This document shows, in pieces, positions 26,729 through 35,929 of a stretch of DNA of 64,000 bases. The translations under genes were made by a program, and so were the position numbers. The DNA is taken from assembly GCA_965229565.1 (NCBI GenBank), contig OZ245888.1, positions 2,073,467 to 2,137,466 on the forward strand, written 5' to 3'. The notes below the pieces were generated by a model that was not told where the DNA came from, did no database searches, and saw only the letters and a program-made list of their open reading frames with translations. Numbering within the stretch: the stretch's first letter is position 1; each line of letters begins with the position of its first letter. This stretch comes from Gammaproteobacteria bacterium. Lineage in GTDB: Bacteria > Pseudomonadota > Gammaproteobacteria > Eutrophobiales > Eutrophobiaceae.

Positions 26729-29068
26729 ATGCACTGGATTGAAAACAGTTACCCGAAATGGCTCCTTCGACATCGACTACTGGTCATCATTACCGCGCTT
26801 GTTCTTGTATGCATGGCAGCCAGTGGCCTCAGGCACGTCACCTTCACCGCCAATTACCGGGTCTTTTTCAGTGACGACAACCCCCAGCTCATTGCCTTTG
26901 AAACCCTTGAAAATACCTATGTACAAAACGACAACGTGCTCATTGTGCTGGCGCCCGATAACGGCGATATATTTACCCGGGAAAACCTCGCCATCGTCGA
27001 GGAATACACGGAAAAGGCCTGGCAAACCCCGTACTCGAACCGGGTCGATTCCATCACCAATTTCCAGTACACAGAGGCAGAAGATGATGACCTCATTGTG
27101 CGCGACCTGGTTACCGATGCCAGGACACTGAACACAGATGAATTGGAAAGGGTACGCGAGATAGCATTACAGGAGCCGCTACTGGCCAATCGCCTGATAG
27201 CGCCGGCAAGTGATGTTACTGCCATCAACGTCACCGTGCAGTATCCGCGCGAGAACGAGGCGGTGGAAGGCCCAGAGGTCGTTGAGTTTGTCCGCAACAT
27301 GGCAGATGAAATCAGGACCCGGCATCCGCAGATGCAGGTGTACCTGACCGGCATGGCCATCATGAATCACTCCTTCACCGAGTCTTCCAAAAACGATATG
27401 GCCACGCTGGTACCCATCAGCTTTGCCATCATGCTGTTCTTGCTGGCATTGCTAGTGGGTGGCTTTACCGGCACCTTTGCAACCCTGTTGGTTATCCTGT
27501 TTTCCATCCTGTCGGCACTTGGGATTGGTGCTTACCTTGGCATGCCCCTGTCGCCGCCCTCTGCCACCTCTCCAACAATCATACTCACGGTCGCTATTGC
27601 AAACTGTGTTCATATACTGGTGACGTTTATTCAACAATTGCGCATGGGAACCGAAAAAAATTCAGCACTGGTCGAAAGCCTGCGCGTCAACCTGCAGCCG
27701 GTGTTTCTTGCCAGCCTGACAACCTCGTTCGGATTCCTGACTATGAATTTTTCCGACGTGCCGCCGTTTGCCCACCTGGGTAATTTTGTGGCGCTGGGTG
27801 TAGCCTTCTCTTTCCTGCTTTCTGTCAGCCTGTTGCCGGTACTGATCTCGCTTTTGCCGGTCAGGACCCGGAGCCAGACAGACCAGGATGACATGCTCAT
27901 GCGCAGGCTGGCCGATTTTATTATTCATAATCGTACCTACCTGCTCTGGGGCATGGCCGCGGTCATCATCATTTTAATTTCCATGCTGCCACGTAACGAG
28001 CTAAACGATGTTTTCGTGCATTATTTCGACGAGAGCGTCGCCTTCCGCACCGATTCTGATTTCACCACTGAACGACTGACTGGTTTGTACAACATCGAGT
28101 ATTCGCTGGAGGCGGGCGAGCCTGGCGGTATCAGTAAGCCCGAGTTCCTGCAGGAGATCGAGGCCTTTGCCAACTGGTACCGTCAACAGCCAGAAACCAT
28201 TCACGTTAATATCTATACCGACATCATCAAGCGCCTGAACAAAAACATGCATGGTGATGATGAAAGTTACTACGCCATACCGGAAGATCGTGAGCTGGCC
28301 GCGCAGTACTTGCTGCTGTACGAAATGTCCCTGCCCTACGGGCTTGATATGAACAACCAGGTCAACATCGATAAATCAGCCACCCGTATGACGGCAACGC
28401 TGAAGACCATCTCTTCCAATGAACTCATCGCCCTGGAAGAACGCGCCCAGGAATGGATGAAAACCAATACACAACATATTTCCATTGCCGATGGCACCGG
28501 CACCTCGCTCATGTTCGCCCATATCGGCAAACGAAACATCGTCAGTATGTTAATAGGAACGGCGGTCGCGCTGATGCTGATCTCCATGGTGCTGATGCTG
28601 GCCTTGCGTTCAATAAAGATAGGGTTGATCAGTTTAATTCCCAACCTGGCACCAGCCGCCATGGGCTTTGGGCTATGGGGCATGCTGGTTGGCGAGATTG
28701 GTTTATCACTGTCCGTGGTAACCAGTATGACGCTCGGTATTGTTGTTGATGATACCGTGCATTTCCTCAGTAAATACCTGCGCGCGCGCAGGGAAAATGG
28801 CCTGGATGCAAAAGCTGCTGTCCGCTATGCATTTATAACGGTTGGCCGCGCGCTGATTATTACATCGGTAGTACTGGTTGTCGGGTTCCTGATCCTGTCT
28901 ACATCCAGTTTCGAACTTAACTCGGGCATGGGCCTGTTAACGGCCATCGTGATTGCCATTGCCCTTGTTGCCGATTTTCTGTTTCTTCCCCCAATACTCA
29001 TGAAGTTTGATGGTGATAATGATGAAAAAATTATTGATAGCAAGCTGGCTACTGATAATTCCGTTTGA
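26729..29068 (+). CDS. RND-superfamily exporter of the MMPL/SSD type (12 TM, two periplasmic loops)
   Basis: 779 aa with two TM bundles of about 6 helices each, separated by soluble loops. The size and layout fit COG1033-type exporters rather than AcrB. Confidence 0.8.
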   Translation: MHWIENSYPKWLLRHRLLVIITALVLVCMAASGLRHVTFTANYRVFFSDDNPQLIAFETLENTYVQNDNVLIVLAPDNGDIFTRENLAIVEEYTEKAWQTPYSNRVDSITNFQYTEAEDDDLIVRDLVTDARTLNTDELERVREIALQEPLLANRLIAPASDVTAINVTVQYPRENEAVEGPEVVEFVRNMADEIRTRHPQMQVYLTGMAIMNHSFTESSKNDMATLVPISFAIMLFLLALLVGGFTGTFATLLVILFSILSALGIGAYLGMPLSPPSATSPTIILTVAIANCVHILVTFIQQLRMGTEKNSALVESLRVNLQPVFLASLTTSFGFLTMNFSDVPPFAHLGNFVALGVAFSFLLSVSLLPVLISLLPVRTRSQTDQDDMLMRRLADFIIHNRTYLLWGMAAVIIILISMLPRNELNDVFVHYFDESVAFRTDSDFTTERLTGLYNIEYSLEAGEPGGISKPEFLQEIEAFANWYRQQPETIHVNIYTDIIKRLNKNMHGDDESYYAIPEDRELAAQYLLLYEMSLPYGLDMNNQVNIDKSATRMTATLKTISSNELIALEERAQEWMKTNTQHISIADGTGTSLMFAHIGKRNIVSMLIGTAVALMLISMVLMLALRSIKIGLISLIPNLAPAAMGFGLWGMLVGEIGLSLSVVTSMTLGIVVDDTVHFLSKYLRARRENGLDAKAAVRYAFITVGRALIITSVVLVVGFLILSTSSFELNSGMGLLTAIVIAIALVADFLFLPPILMKFDGDNDEKIIDSKLATDNSV

Positions 29069-29804
29069 AATATTGCTTGCTGAAACACCCGAGGAAAAAG
29101 GGCTGGCCATTGCAATGGAAGCTGACAAGCGAGATACCGGCTGGACTGATCAGTCAGCGGAAATGAAGATGATCCTGAAAAACAGGAACGGCGACAGCAC
29201 AACCCGGACCATGTCGATCAAAACTCTGGAAGTCGACGGCGATGGAGACAAGAGCCTGCTCATCTTCGATAATCCACCGGATGTAAAAGGCACAGCATTT
29301 CTGAGTCACACGCACTCGCTGACACCGGATGACCAGTGGTTATACCTGCCGGCATTGAAACGAGTGAAACGTATCGCTTCTGCCAACAAGTCCGGGCCTT
29401 TCGTCGGCAGTGAATTTGCATACGAGGATCTGAGTTCACAGGAAGTGGAAAAATATACTTACAAGTGGCTTCGCGATGAACCCCTGGATGGTCGTAACAC
29501 GTTCGTTATCGAACGTTACCCCGCCTACGAGCATTCCGGTTACACGCGCCAGGTATTATGGCTGGACAAGGAAATGTACCAGCCATTGAAACTGGAATTT
29601 TATGATCGCAAGAATGCCATGCTGAAAACCCTGATATTTTCAGACTATCAACAATACCTGGGTCAGTACTGGCGTGCTTCCATGATGAACATGGCCAATC
29701 ACCAGACTGGTAAAAGCACGACACTGACATGGGAAAACTACCAGTTTCAAACGGGCTTGTCAGATCGTGACTTTGATAAAAATACCCTGAAACGCGCACG
29801 CTAA
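29019..29804 (+). CDS. LolA-like outer membrane lipoprotein-sorting family protein
   Basis: 261 aa with the signal peptide MMKKLLIASWLLIIPFEILLA. Contains WLYLPALKRVKRIASANKSGPFVGSEFAYEDL, typical of the LolA-like family found beside such exporters. It overlaps the end of the exporter gene. Confidence 0.6.
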   Translation: MMKKLLIASWLLIIPFEILLAETPEEKGLAIAMEADKRDTGWTDQSAEMKMILKNRNGDSTTRTMSIKTLEVDGDGDKSLLIFDNPPDVKGTAFLSHTHSLTPDDQWLYLPALKRVKRIASANKSGPFVGSEFAYEDLSSQEVEKYTYKWLRDEPLDGRNTFVIERYPAYEHSGYTRQVLWLDKEMYQPLKLEFYDRKNAMLKTLIFSDYQQYLGQYWRASMMNMANHQTGKSTTLTWENYQFQTGLSDRDFDKNTLKRAR

Positions 29805-29808
29805 TCCC

Positions 29809-31020
29809 GTGTTGTACCTGCAGCGTTTAACATCGTCACTCACGATTGTACTGGCAAGCAACCTTTGCCTGGTGACCAGTATTACCGCTGCAGATCTCAG
29901 TGGCTATGGTGGGCTGGAGTTCCGCGGCTTTAGCCAATCGGCACAGCAGCCAGTACAGGACCATACCACTAACCTGTCACTGGTATTCGAGACCGAGTTC
30001 TTCCATGACTGGGATGATGGCTACCAGGGTTTTGCCTTCGTGCCATTTTTAAGACTCGACGAAAACGATCCGGAACGCACACATTTTGATATCCGCGAAT
30101 TAACCTACTTCAAGGCCAGCACCAACTGGGAACTGCGCCTCGGCATCCGCAAGGTGTTCTGGGGTGTCACCGAATTTCAGCACCTGGTCGATATCATCAA
30201 CCAGGATGACCTCGTGGAAAACATCGACGCCGAAGACAAACTGGGACAACCGATGGTCAACCTGGCACTGATCCGTGACTGGGGTACAGTAGACCTGTTC
30301 GTCATGCCTTACTTCCGTGAACGCACATTCCCCGGCCAGGAAGGCCGCTTGCGTAGCATTCCCTATGTCGATACCGATCGCGCCCGCTTTGAATCCGGGG
30401 CGAGGGAAAAACATATCGACTTTGCGGCGCGCTACTCGCATTACTTTGGTGACTGGGACCTGGGCCTGGCGCATTTTCGCGGTACCAGCCGCGACCCACG
30501 CCTGTTACCTTCACTGGATAACAACGGCAATCCCGTCTTGCTGCCCTTTTATGACATCATCAACCAGACCTCGATAGACTTGCAGGCCACCAAGGGCAAC
30601 ATGCTGTGGAAACTGGAAGCGCTGCACCGCAGTGGCCAGGGCGAAACCTACAATGCACTGGTTGGTGGTTTTGAATATACCTTTGTCGGGGTCATGGGCA
30701 GCGCGATCGATGTCGGTTTGCTTGGCGAATACCATTACGATGACCGCGGCGAAACTACCGCCACTATCTTTGAAGACGACATTGCTATCGGTAGCCGGGT
30801 TGCCTTTAACGACATTCACTCCAGCGAGGCATTGTTCGGCCTGGTCTGGGATCGCAATAGCGGCGGCCAGTTTTTCAGCGTCGAGGCCAGCCGACGACTG
30901 GCGGCCAACTGGTTCCTGGAACTGCAGAGTCGCCTGTTTTTCAACCAGAAGGCCGGCGACCCGGCCATGGCACTCAACCGTGACGACTACGTCGAACTGT
31001 TCCTCACCTATAATTTTTAA
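29809..31020 (+). CDS. Predicted outer-membrane beta-barrel protein
   Basis: 403 aa from a GTG start with a signal-like N-terminus. It has alternating beta-strand patterning and a C-terminal aromatic residue (LFLTYNF). Confidence 0.5.
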   Translation: MLYLQRLTSSLTIVLASNLCLVTSITAADLSGYGGLEFRGFSQSAQQPVQDHTTNLSLVFETEFFHDWDDGYQGFAFVPFLRLDENDPERTHFDIRELTYFKASTNWELRLGIRKVFWGVTEFQHLVDIINQDDLVENIDAEDKLGQPMVNLALIRDWGTVDLFVMPYFRERTFPGQEGRLRSIPYVDTDRARFESGAREKHIDFAARYSHYFGDWDLGLAHFRGTSRDPRLLPSLDNNGNPVLLPFYDIINQTSIDLQATKGNMLWKLEALHRSGQGETYNALVGGFEYTFVGVMGSAIDVGLLGEYHYDDRGETTATIFEDDIAIGSRVAFNDIHSSEALFGLVWDRNSGGQFFSVEASRRLAANWFLELQSRLFFNQKAGDPAMALNRDDYVELFLTYNF

Positions 31021-31153
31021 TCCTTTACTAATCAATTAATTAAGACCTGTTCCCTTTACTTTCCGGGAGATACGGCAACGTCACTTTCATTTGAAAGTTC
31101 TCTTAATGTTCTCTTATACTTTCCGTCCCTTTTTATCGTCGCAGGAACCGGCC

Positions 31154-32422
31154 ATGCTGCATAAACCGACCGAGATCGAGCGCCTGTATATCGATTTCGA
31201 CTGCTTCTTCGCGAGTGTTGAACAACAGTTGCAACCGGAGTTGCGTGGCCAACCGGTAGGCGTATTACCGTTTATGTCCGACTATTCCTGCGTTATCGCA
31301 CCCAGCCGCGAGGCCAAGCGGTTCGGCGTCAAGACCGGCACCCGCGTCAAGGAGGCGCTGCAACTCTGTCCCCATATCCGGTTTGTACCGGCCCGGCACG
31401 ATGTGTACGTCAAATTGCATCACCGTATCTATGAAGATATCGAACGCTGCGTGCATATCGACCAGGCCTGCTCTATCGACGAGGTGGTGTGCAGCCTGCT
31501 GGGTCAGGAAAGAAAGCGGCCACTGGAGATTGCCCGGCATGTCCGCAGCGTGCTGGTAGAAAGCGTCGGTGAGTGCGTGACCTGTTCACTGGGATTTGCG
31601 CCCAACCAGTTACTGGCAAAAATTGCCTCGGAAGTCGACAAACCGGAGGGACTGGTTATCTGGCATCCCGATCACTATGCCGAACAGTTATTCAAACTTG
31701 AATTGACCGACTTGCCCGGTATTGGCAACAGCATGGAGCGACGCTTACATGGCGCCGGTATCTTTTCAGTGGAAAAACTCTGGCATATGAGTGCGGAGAC
31801 CATGCGCAAGGTATGGGGCTCAATCGAGGGTGAACGTTTCTGGTACAGCCTGCATGGTTACGCGGTTGAGCCCATCGCGACCTCGCGCTGCATGTATGGA
31901 CATAGTCGTATCCTGTCACCGGAAAGCCGGGCCCCCTACCACGCGCGCAACTGTGCCCGCCTGCTCACGGTCAAGGCCGCCCGCCGGCTACGCCGGGCCC
32001 GGCGTACTGCCGCGGCATTCAGTCTTGGTATACGTTTCCAGGGCCAGGGTAAATGGGTGGGAGAAATGCGCTTTGCGCGTGCCTCGGATGATCACCAGTT
32101 CCTGACCGTGCTGGCAAGACTATGGCATAAGGCCATGCAGGAATGGCAACAGCAGAACCGGCACGCACCGTTGATCAAACAGGTCGCAGTCACCCTGTAT
32201 CATTTAAACGACCCGCCCTTGCCGCAGGGAGACCTGTTTGATGAACTGCTGCAGGAAAATATTGAACAGCAAAAGTGGAACACGCTGGCAGAGACCATGG
32301 ACAACATCGTCTACCGCTACGGCAGCAAGGCCGTCAGCCTGGGTGTCTGGGAAGAGCCAGCCGGCGGTTATGCCGGTGCCAAGATAGCCTTTGGCCGTAT
32401 TCCCAGCCTGGCCGATTTCTAG
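31154..32422 (+). CDS. Y-family DNA polymerase
   Basis: 422 aa from the ATG at 31154, with the catalytic start YIDFDCFFASVEQ, SIDE, and palm/finger/little-finger collinearity. Confidence 0.8.
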   Translation: MLHKPTEIERLYIDFDCFFASVEQQLQPELRGQPVGVLPFMSDYSCVIAPSREAKRFGVKTGTRVKEALQLCPHIRFVPARHDVYVKLHHRIYEDIERCVHIDQACSIDEVVCSLLGQERKRPLEIARHVRSVLVESVGECVTCSLGFAPNQLLAKIASEVDKPEGLVIWHPDHYAEQLFKLELTDLPGIGNSMERRLHGAGIFSVEKLWHMSAETMRKVWGSIEGERFWYSLHGYAVEPIATSRCMYGHSRILSPESRAPYHARNCARLLTVKAARRLRRARRTAAAFSLGIRFQGQGKWVGEMRFARASDDHQFLTVLARLWHKAMQEWQQQNRHAPLIKQVAVTLYHLNDPPLPQGDLFDELLQENIEQQKWNTLAETMDNIVYRYGSKAVSLGVWEEPAGGYAGAKIAFGRIPSLADF

Positions 32423-32434
32423 AAAAGAAGATGC

Positions 32435-32836
32435 TCAATCTTCAGCGGGCAATTTGCAGTGCGCCAGGATGTGTAACAAGTGTTTGCTCTTGTCCTGTTC
32501 GCCTGAATAGTATTGTGTATTGACTGTAATACCCTCGATGATGATGTAACTGATCTCTTCGCGTATGTTAAAGAACCATTTCTTGTTATGTATGGTTGTA
32601 ACAATCAACCGTTTAACCTTCCGATCAATAGCACGCGGTCCACTGTCACCCTCGAAGGAGGCTGTTTCCAGGCAGGTAAGAAGCTGCCCGAAACTCAAAT
32701 CACCCAGCGCAGCGCCATCCTTGTGCAAATGTATTTTGCGATTATCTGCATAAGGCGCATCCGCGCTAACCGCTGTAAGTGGATTAAGTAACGTTAACCC
32801 TGCAAGGAAACAAGGGATAAATAAAAACCTGAACAT
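32435..32836 (-). CDS. Secreted protein, function unknown
   Basis: 133 aa with the signal peptide MFRFLFIPCFLAGLTLLNPLTAVSA. Confidence 0.4.
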   Translation of the reverse strand: MFRFLFIPCFLAGLTLLNPLTAVSADAPYADNRKIHLHKDGAALGDLSFGQLLTCLETASFEGDSGPRAIDRKVKRLIVTTIHNKKWFFNIREEISYIIIEGITVNTQYYSGEQDKSKHLLHILAHCKLPAED

Positions 32837-33409
32837 ATTAAATAAACCAATAAAGACGAATCATACCCACATAGCCAGGCACTCATAAACTGCCGGAATC
32901 AAAAAAGAATGCTAATCGACAACATCGACCCGCACTAACAAAAGGAAAATATAAATCAGGTAAGGATAAACGGTTTGTCGTTATTCATTTCAAGGCTGAC
33001 CGCCTTCTGGATATAGCTCTTGATAGTGTGCGCCAGCATTGCATTTTTTCTCAGGACATGAAAACCGGTCAGTTGATCGAATGGTTTATTTACCAGGATC
33101 AAGGGTTGATCCTCGTACAGTGACGATGACAGACTTAACCGTACAGTCGCCTGCTCAAACACCATGCGCAGTGCTTTGGGTATATTATATTTAATTGTGT
33201 GCTACCTTGGGCGCTTATACTGTTACCCGAATTGTTATAATTTAATAGTGCTATCGGGACCGGACGTCTCTCTCCTCTCTATGTCAAACAACATAGTTTG
33301 AGTAGTCGCGGTTTGCAACAATATTTGTGTATAGTTGTTCGACATACTTTTTTGCTGCGCTGCGTCAGCATAGCAAAGTGTCAAGTTTGTTTTATTCAAT
33401 TTACTGTCA

Positions 33410-33796
33410 ATGCCAATTAATATACATAGCATGCAAAAGAATATACTTGATAACCCCCTCGAAGATTGTTGCCTGGATCCGATTACGGGCTTTAAACGAA
33501 ACGGACAATGCGAGTGCTGCGACCAGGATACTGGTATGCATACTGTCTGTGCCGTTATGACCGAGGACTTCCTGCTTTTCTCCAGGGACAAGGGCAATGA
33601 TCTGATGACACCACAGGAAGATTTTGATTTTCCCGGGCTCAAGCCCGGTGACCGCTGGTGCTTATGCCTGGGACGCTGGCTGGAGGCACTGGAGGCCGGT
33701 GTGGCACCAAGAATCTGCCCACGCGCTACCAACCAGTCAGTGCTTGAGCATGTCCCTATCGAGGTGTTGGAAAAATACGCTTACGCCGATAGCTGA
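33410..33796 (+). CDS. DUF2237 family protein
   Basis: 128 aa with the Cys-rich core DPITGFKRNGQCECCDQDTGMHTVCAVMTEDFL and GDRWCLC. An alternative start is at 33431. Confidence 0.6.
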   Translation: MPINIHSMQKNILDNPLEDCCLDPITGFKRNGQCECCDQDTGMHTVCAVMTEDFLLFSRDKGNDLMTPQEDFDFPGLKPGDRWCLCLGRWLEALEAGVAPRICPRATNQSVLEHVPIEVLEKYAYADS

Positions 33797-33803
33797 AAAA
33801 CTT

Positions 33804-34226
33804 ATGCTGACCGTATCGCTGGTTGTCACCCTGGCCGTCATCCTCTCCATCGGTATTCACTACGGCATGCTATTGCTGACCACGTGGATACTTTCCATGT
33901 TCCATGGACGGCACCCGACCACCATCATACTTTCATTATTCCTTGCTGTTATTGCCCATCTGACAGAGATCCTGGTATTTGCATTGGCCTGGTACCAGCT
34001 GTATCGCACTGGCCTTATCCAGTTTTCCATACCCAATCCCGGCTTTATCGACATCCTCTATTTCTCGGGCACAACTTATACGACCATTGGCTATGGGGAT
34101 ATAGTCATCGAGGGCAGTGGCCGCATTGCCGCTGTCGTTGAAGGCGTCATGGGGCTGGTATTGATTGCCTGGACGGCATCATTTACCTATTTTGAAATGA
34201 ATCGTAAATGGCTCAACCGACTCTAG
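33804..34226 (+). CDS. Two-TM potassium channel (pore-only)
   Basis: 140 aa from the ATG at 33804, with the K+ selectivity filter TTIGYGD between two TM helices. Confidence 0.75.
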   Translation: MLTVSLVVTLAVILSIGIHYGMLLLTTWILSMFHGRHPTTIILSLFLAVIAHLTEILVFALAWYQLYRTGLIQFSIPNPGFIDILYFSGTTYTTIGYGDIVIEGSGRIAAVVEGVMGLVLIAWTASFTYFEMNRKWLNRL

Positions 34227-35722
34227 CTCACTACCCTTCTATTTGTCAGGAATAACGACCCACCAACAGCAATAACAATATTGGGCAACAAGCCGACAAG
34301 GCCTGGATGAAAACCGAATACCTTACCCTGGGTTACAAACGCCAGGTCCGCATAGGCAAGGTAGAGTGATACGGCAACTCCCGTGAACAATCCAATCAGC
34401 GTGGGTAACGCCCGCAGGCCACGCCAATGAATACTGAGCATGAAGGCCGGCACCAGCTGTATCAACAGATCAAATTTTCGATCCAGTAATGACAGCAACG
34501 AGGCCTTGTCACTCAGGTAGATGGCAAGCCAGACCAGGAACACGATCAAACACCAGGAAAAACATTTACCCAGCAGGGTCAGTCGTGCCTGTGACGCGTC
34601 CGGGTCAAGGTAGCGGCCATATATGTCCTTGCTTAGCATGGATGAAATGGATAACAAGGCCGAATCCGCTGTCGACATCATGGCTGCCATCACCGCAGCA
34701 TATAACACCACGACCAGCCAATAACCCAATAACGAACTGTTTTGTACCAGTGCCAGGATCTTGCCCAGGACCTGGTCTGAGGCGGCTCCCTCCAGCCCCG
34801 GCACATAGGCAATGGCATAGATACCGGCAACGATCGCGATCAACGTTGTCAGGAACGGGGCAAAGGCCATGAAGGCAAGACCCTGCCTGAGTACACGTTC
34901 CGATTTTGCCGCGTAAATACGTTGTATCGCCTGCGGGTAAAGGGTTGAACCAAGACCAACGATAATAATGTAACTCAACCACTCTCTTAACCTGTCTGCG
35001 TCCGGTACAGTTGTCTTGCTTACTGTAGCCGGGTCCAGCGACTGCTGAATACTGGCGGTGGCCAGCGACAACGGCCCGAATTGCTGGTACAGGATCACAA
35101 TAAGCACAAGGAAACCAATCATCAGCACGACGCCCTGGATCACGTCCGTCCAGGCAACGGCGCGGATGCCACCGAGTGTGCCGTAAATCACCATGATCAG
35201 GGTTAACAGGATCACTCCTTGCTGGTAGGCAACAGCCGGATCAATATCGGTAAGTCCCTGCATAGCCCTGCCCATTGCCATCAACTGTGCCAACAGGTAA
35301 CTAGACAAGACAAAGATCATGATCACGGTGGCAAGGATATTAAGCCCCCTCGAGTCAAATCGATGTTGCAGGTAATCGGTTGGTGTAACAAATTGATAAC
35401 GCCTCGCCTTGGCATATAGGCGTGGCGCAAAGATGATATAGCAAGCAACAATGGCAATCATGAATTGCAAAGACATGATCCATGAAAAACCGATGCGATA
35501 AGTCTTGCCGGAAAAACCGAACAACGTATTACCGCTATACTGGGTCGCATACAGTGTCAAAAAGATCACGACCAGGCCGAAACTGTTGCCGGCAAGATAA
35601 AAATCATTCAGGGTGTTTTCTTTCCTGGCCTTGAAGGCAAAGAATCCAATCAGGATAAGAGAGAAAAGATATATGCCTATAAACAACCAGGCACCTGGAC
35701 CAAATGCCTGGAAACTACTCAT
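34223..35722 (-). CDS. Sodium:solute symporter (SSS) family transporter
   Basis: 499 aa with about 13 TM helices and SSS-like segments (GGIRAVAWTDVIQG). Confidence 0.85.
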   Translation of the reverse strand: MSSFQAFGPGAWLFIGIYLFSLILIGFFAFKARKENTLNDFYLAGNSFGLVVIFLTLYATQYSGNTLFGFSGKTYRIGFSWIMSLQFMIAIVACYIIFAPRLYAKARRYQFVTPTDYLQHRFDSRGLNILATVIMIFVLSSYLLAQLMAMGRAMQGLTDIDPAVAYQQGVILLTLIMVIYGTLGGIRAVAWTDVIQGVVLMIGFLVLIVILYQQFGPLSLATASIQQSLDPATVSKTTVPDADRLREWLSYIIIVGLGSTLYPQAIQRIYAAKSERVLRQGLAFMAFAPFLTTLIAIVAGIYAIAYVPGLEGAASDQVLGKILALVQNSSLLGYWLVVVLYAAVMAAMMSTADSALLSISSMLSKDIYGRYLDPDASQARLTLLGKCFSWCLIVFLVWLAIYLSDKASLLSLLDRKFDLLIQLVPAFMLSIHWRGLRALPTLIGLFTGVAVSLYLAYADLAFVTQGKVFGFHPGLVGLLPNIVIAVGGSLFLTNRRVVS

Positions 35723-35924
35723 CCGCGTCTTCTTCAGATTTCCATGGATAGCGAATCAGCAGGTACGCTGTAAAGGCTGAAGTAAGGAAAGCAACCAGGA
35801 TAGATGACAACACCCAGGCCGGCACGCCAAGTATCAACAGGCTGGAGTCCTTGGGCCAGTACCAGGGAATACCCGTCGCGATCAATACAACATACACAAC
35901 GAAAATAATGACGCTGCGCTTCAT
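35715..35924 (-). CDS. DUF3311-like small membrane subunit
   Basis: 69 aa with two TM helices. 8-nt overlap with the SSS gene, the usual pairing for this family. Confidence 0.55.
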   Translation of the reverse strand: MKRSVIIFVVYVVLIATGIPWYWPKDSSLLILGVPAWVLSSILVAFLTSAFTAYLLIRYPWKSEEDADE

Positions 35925-35929
35925 TATTT

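Noticed and set aside
32956-33165. 69-aa minus-strand ORF considered as a gene or gene remnant
   Set aside because: It has no signal, motif or ribosome-binding site that I could see. I left it as part of the unexplained AT-rich gap finding.
33235-33732. 165-aa minus-strand ORF
   Set aside because: It overlaps the well-recognisable DUF2237 gene on the other strand and runs into the AT-rich gap. Its composition looks non-coding.
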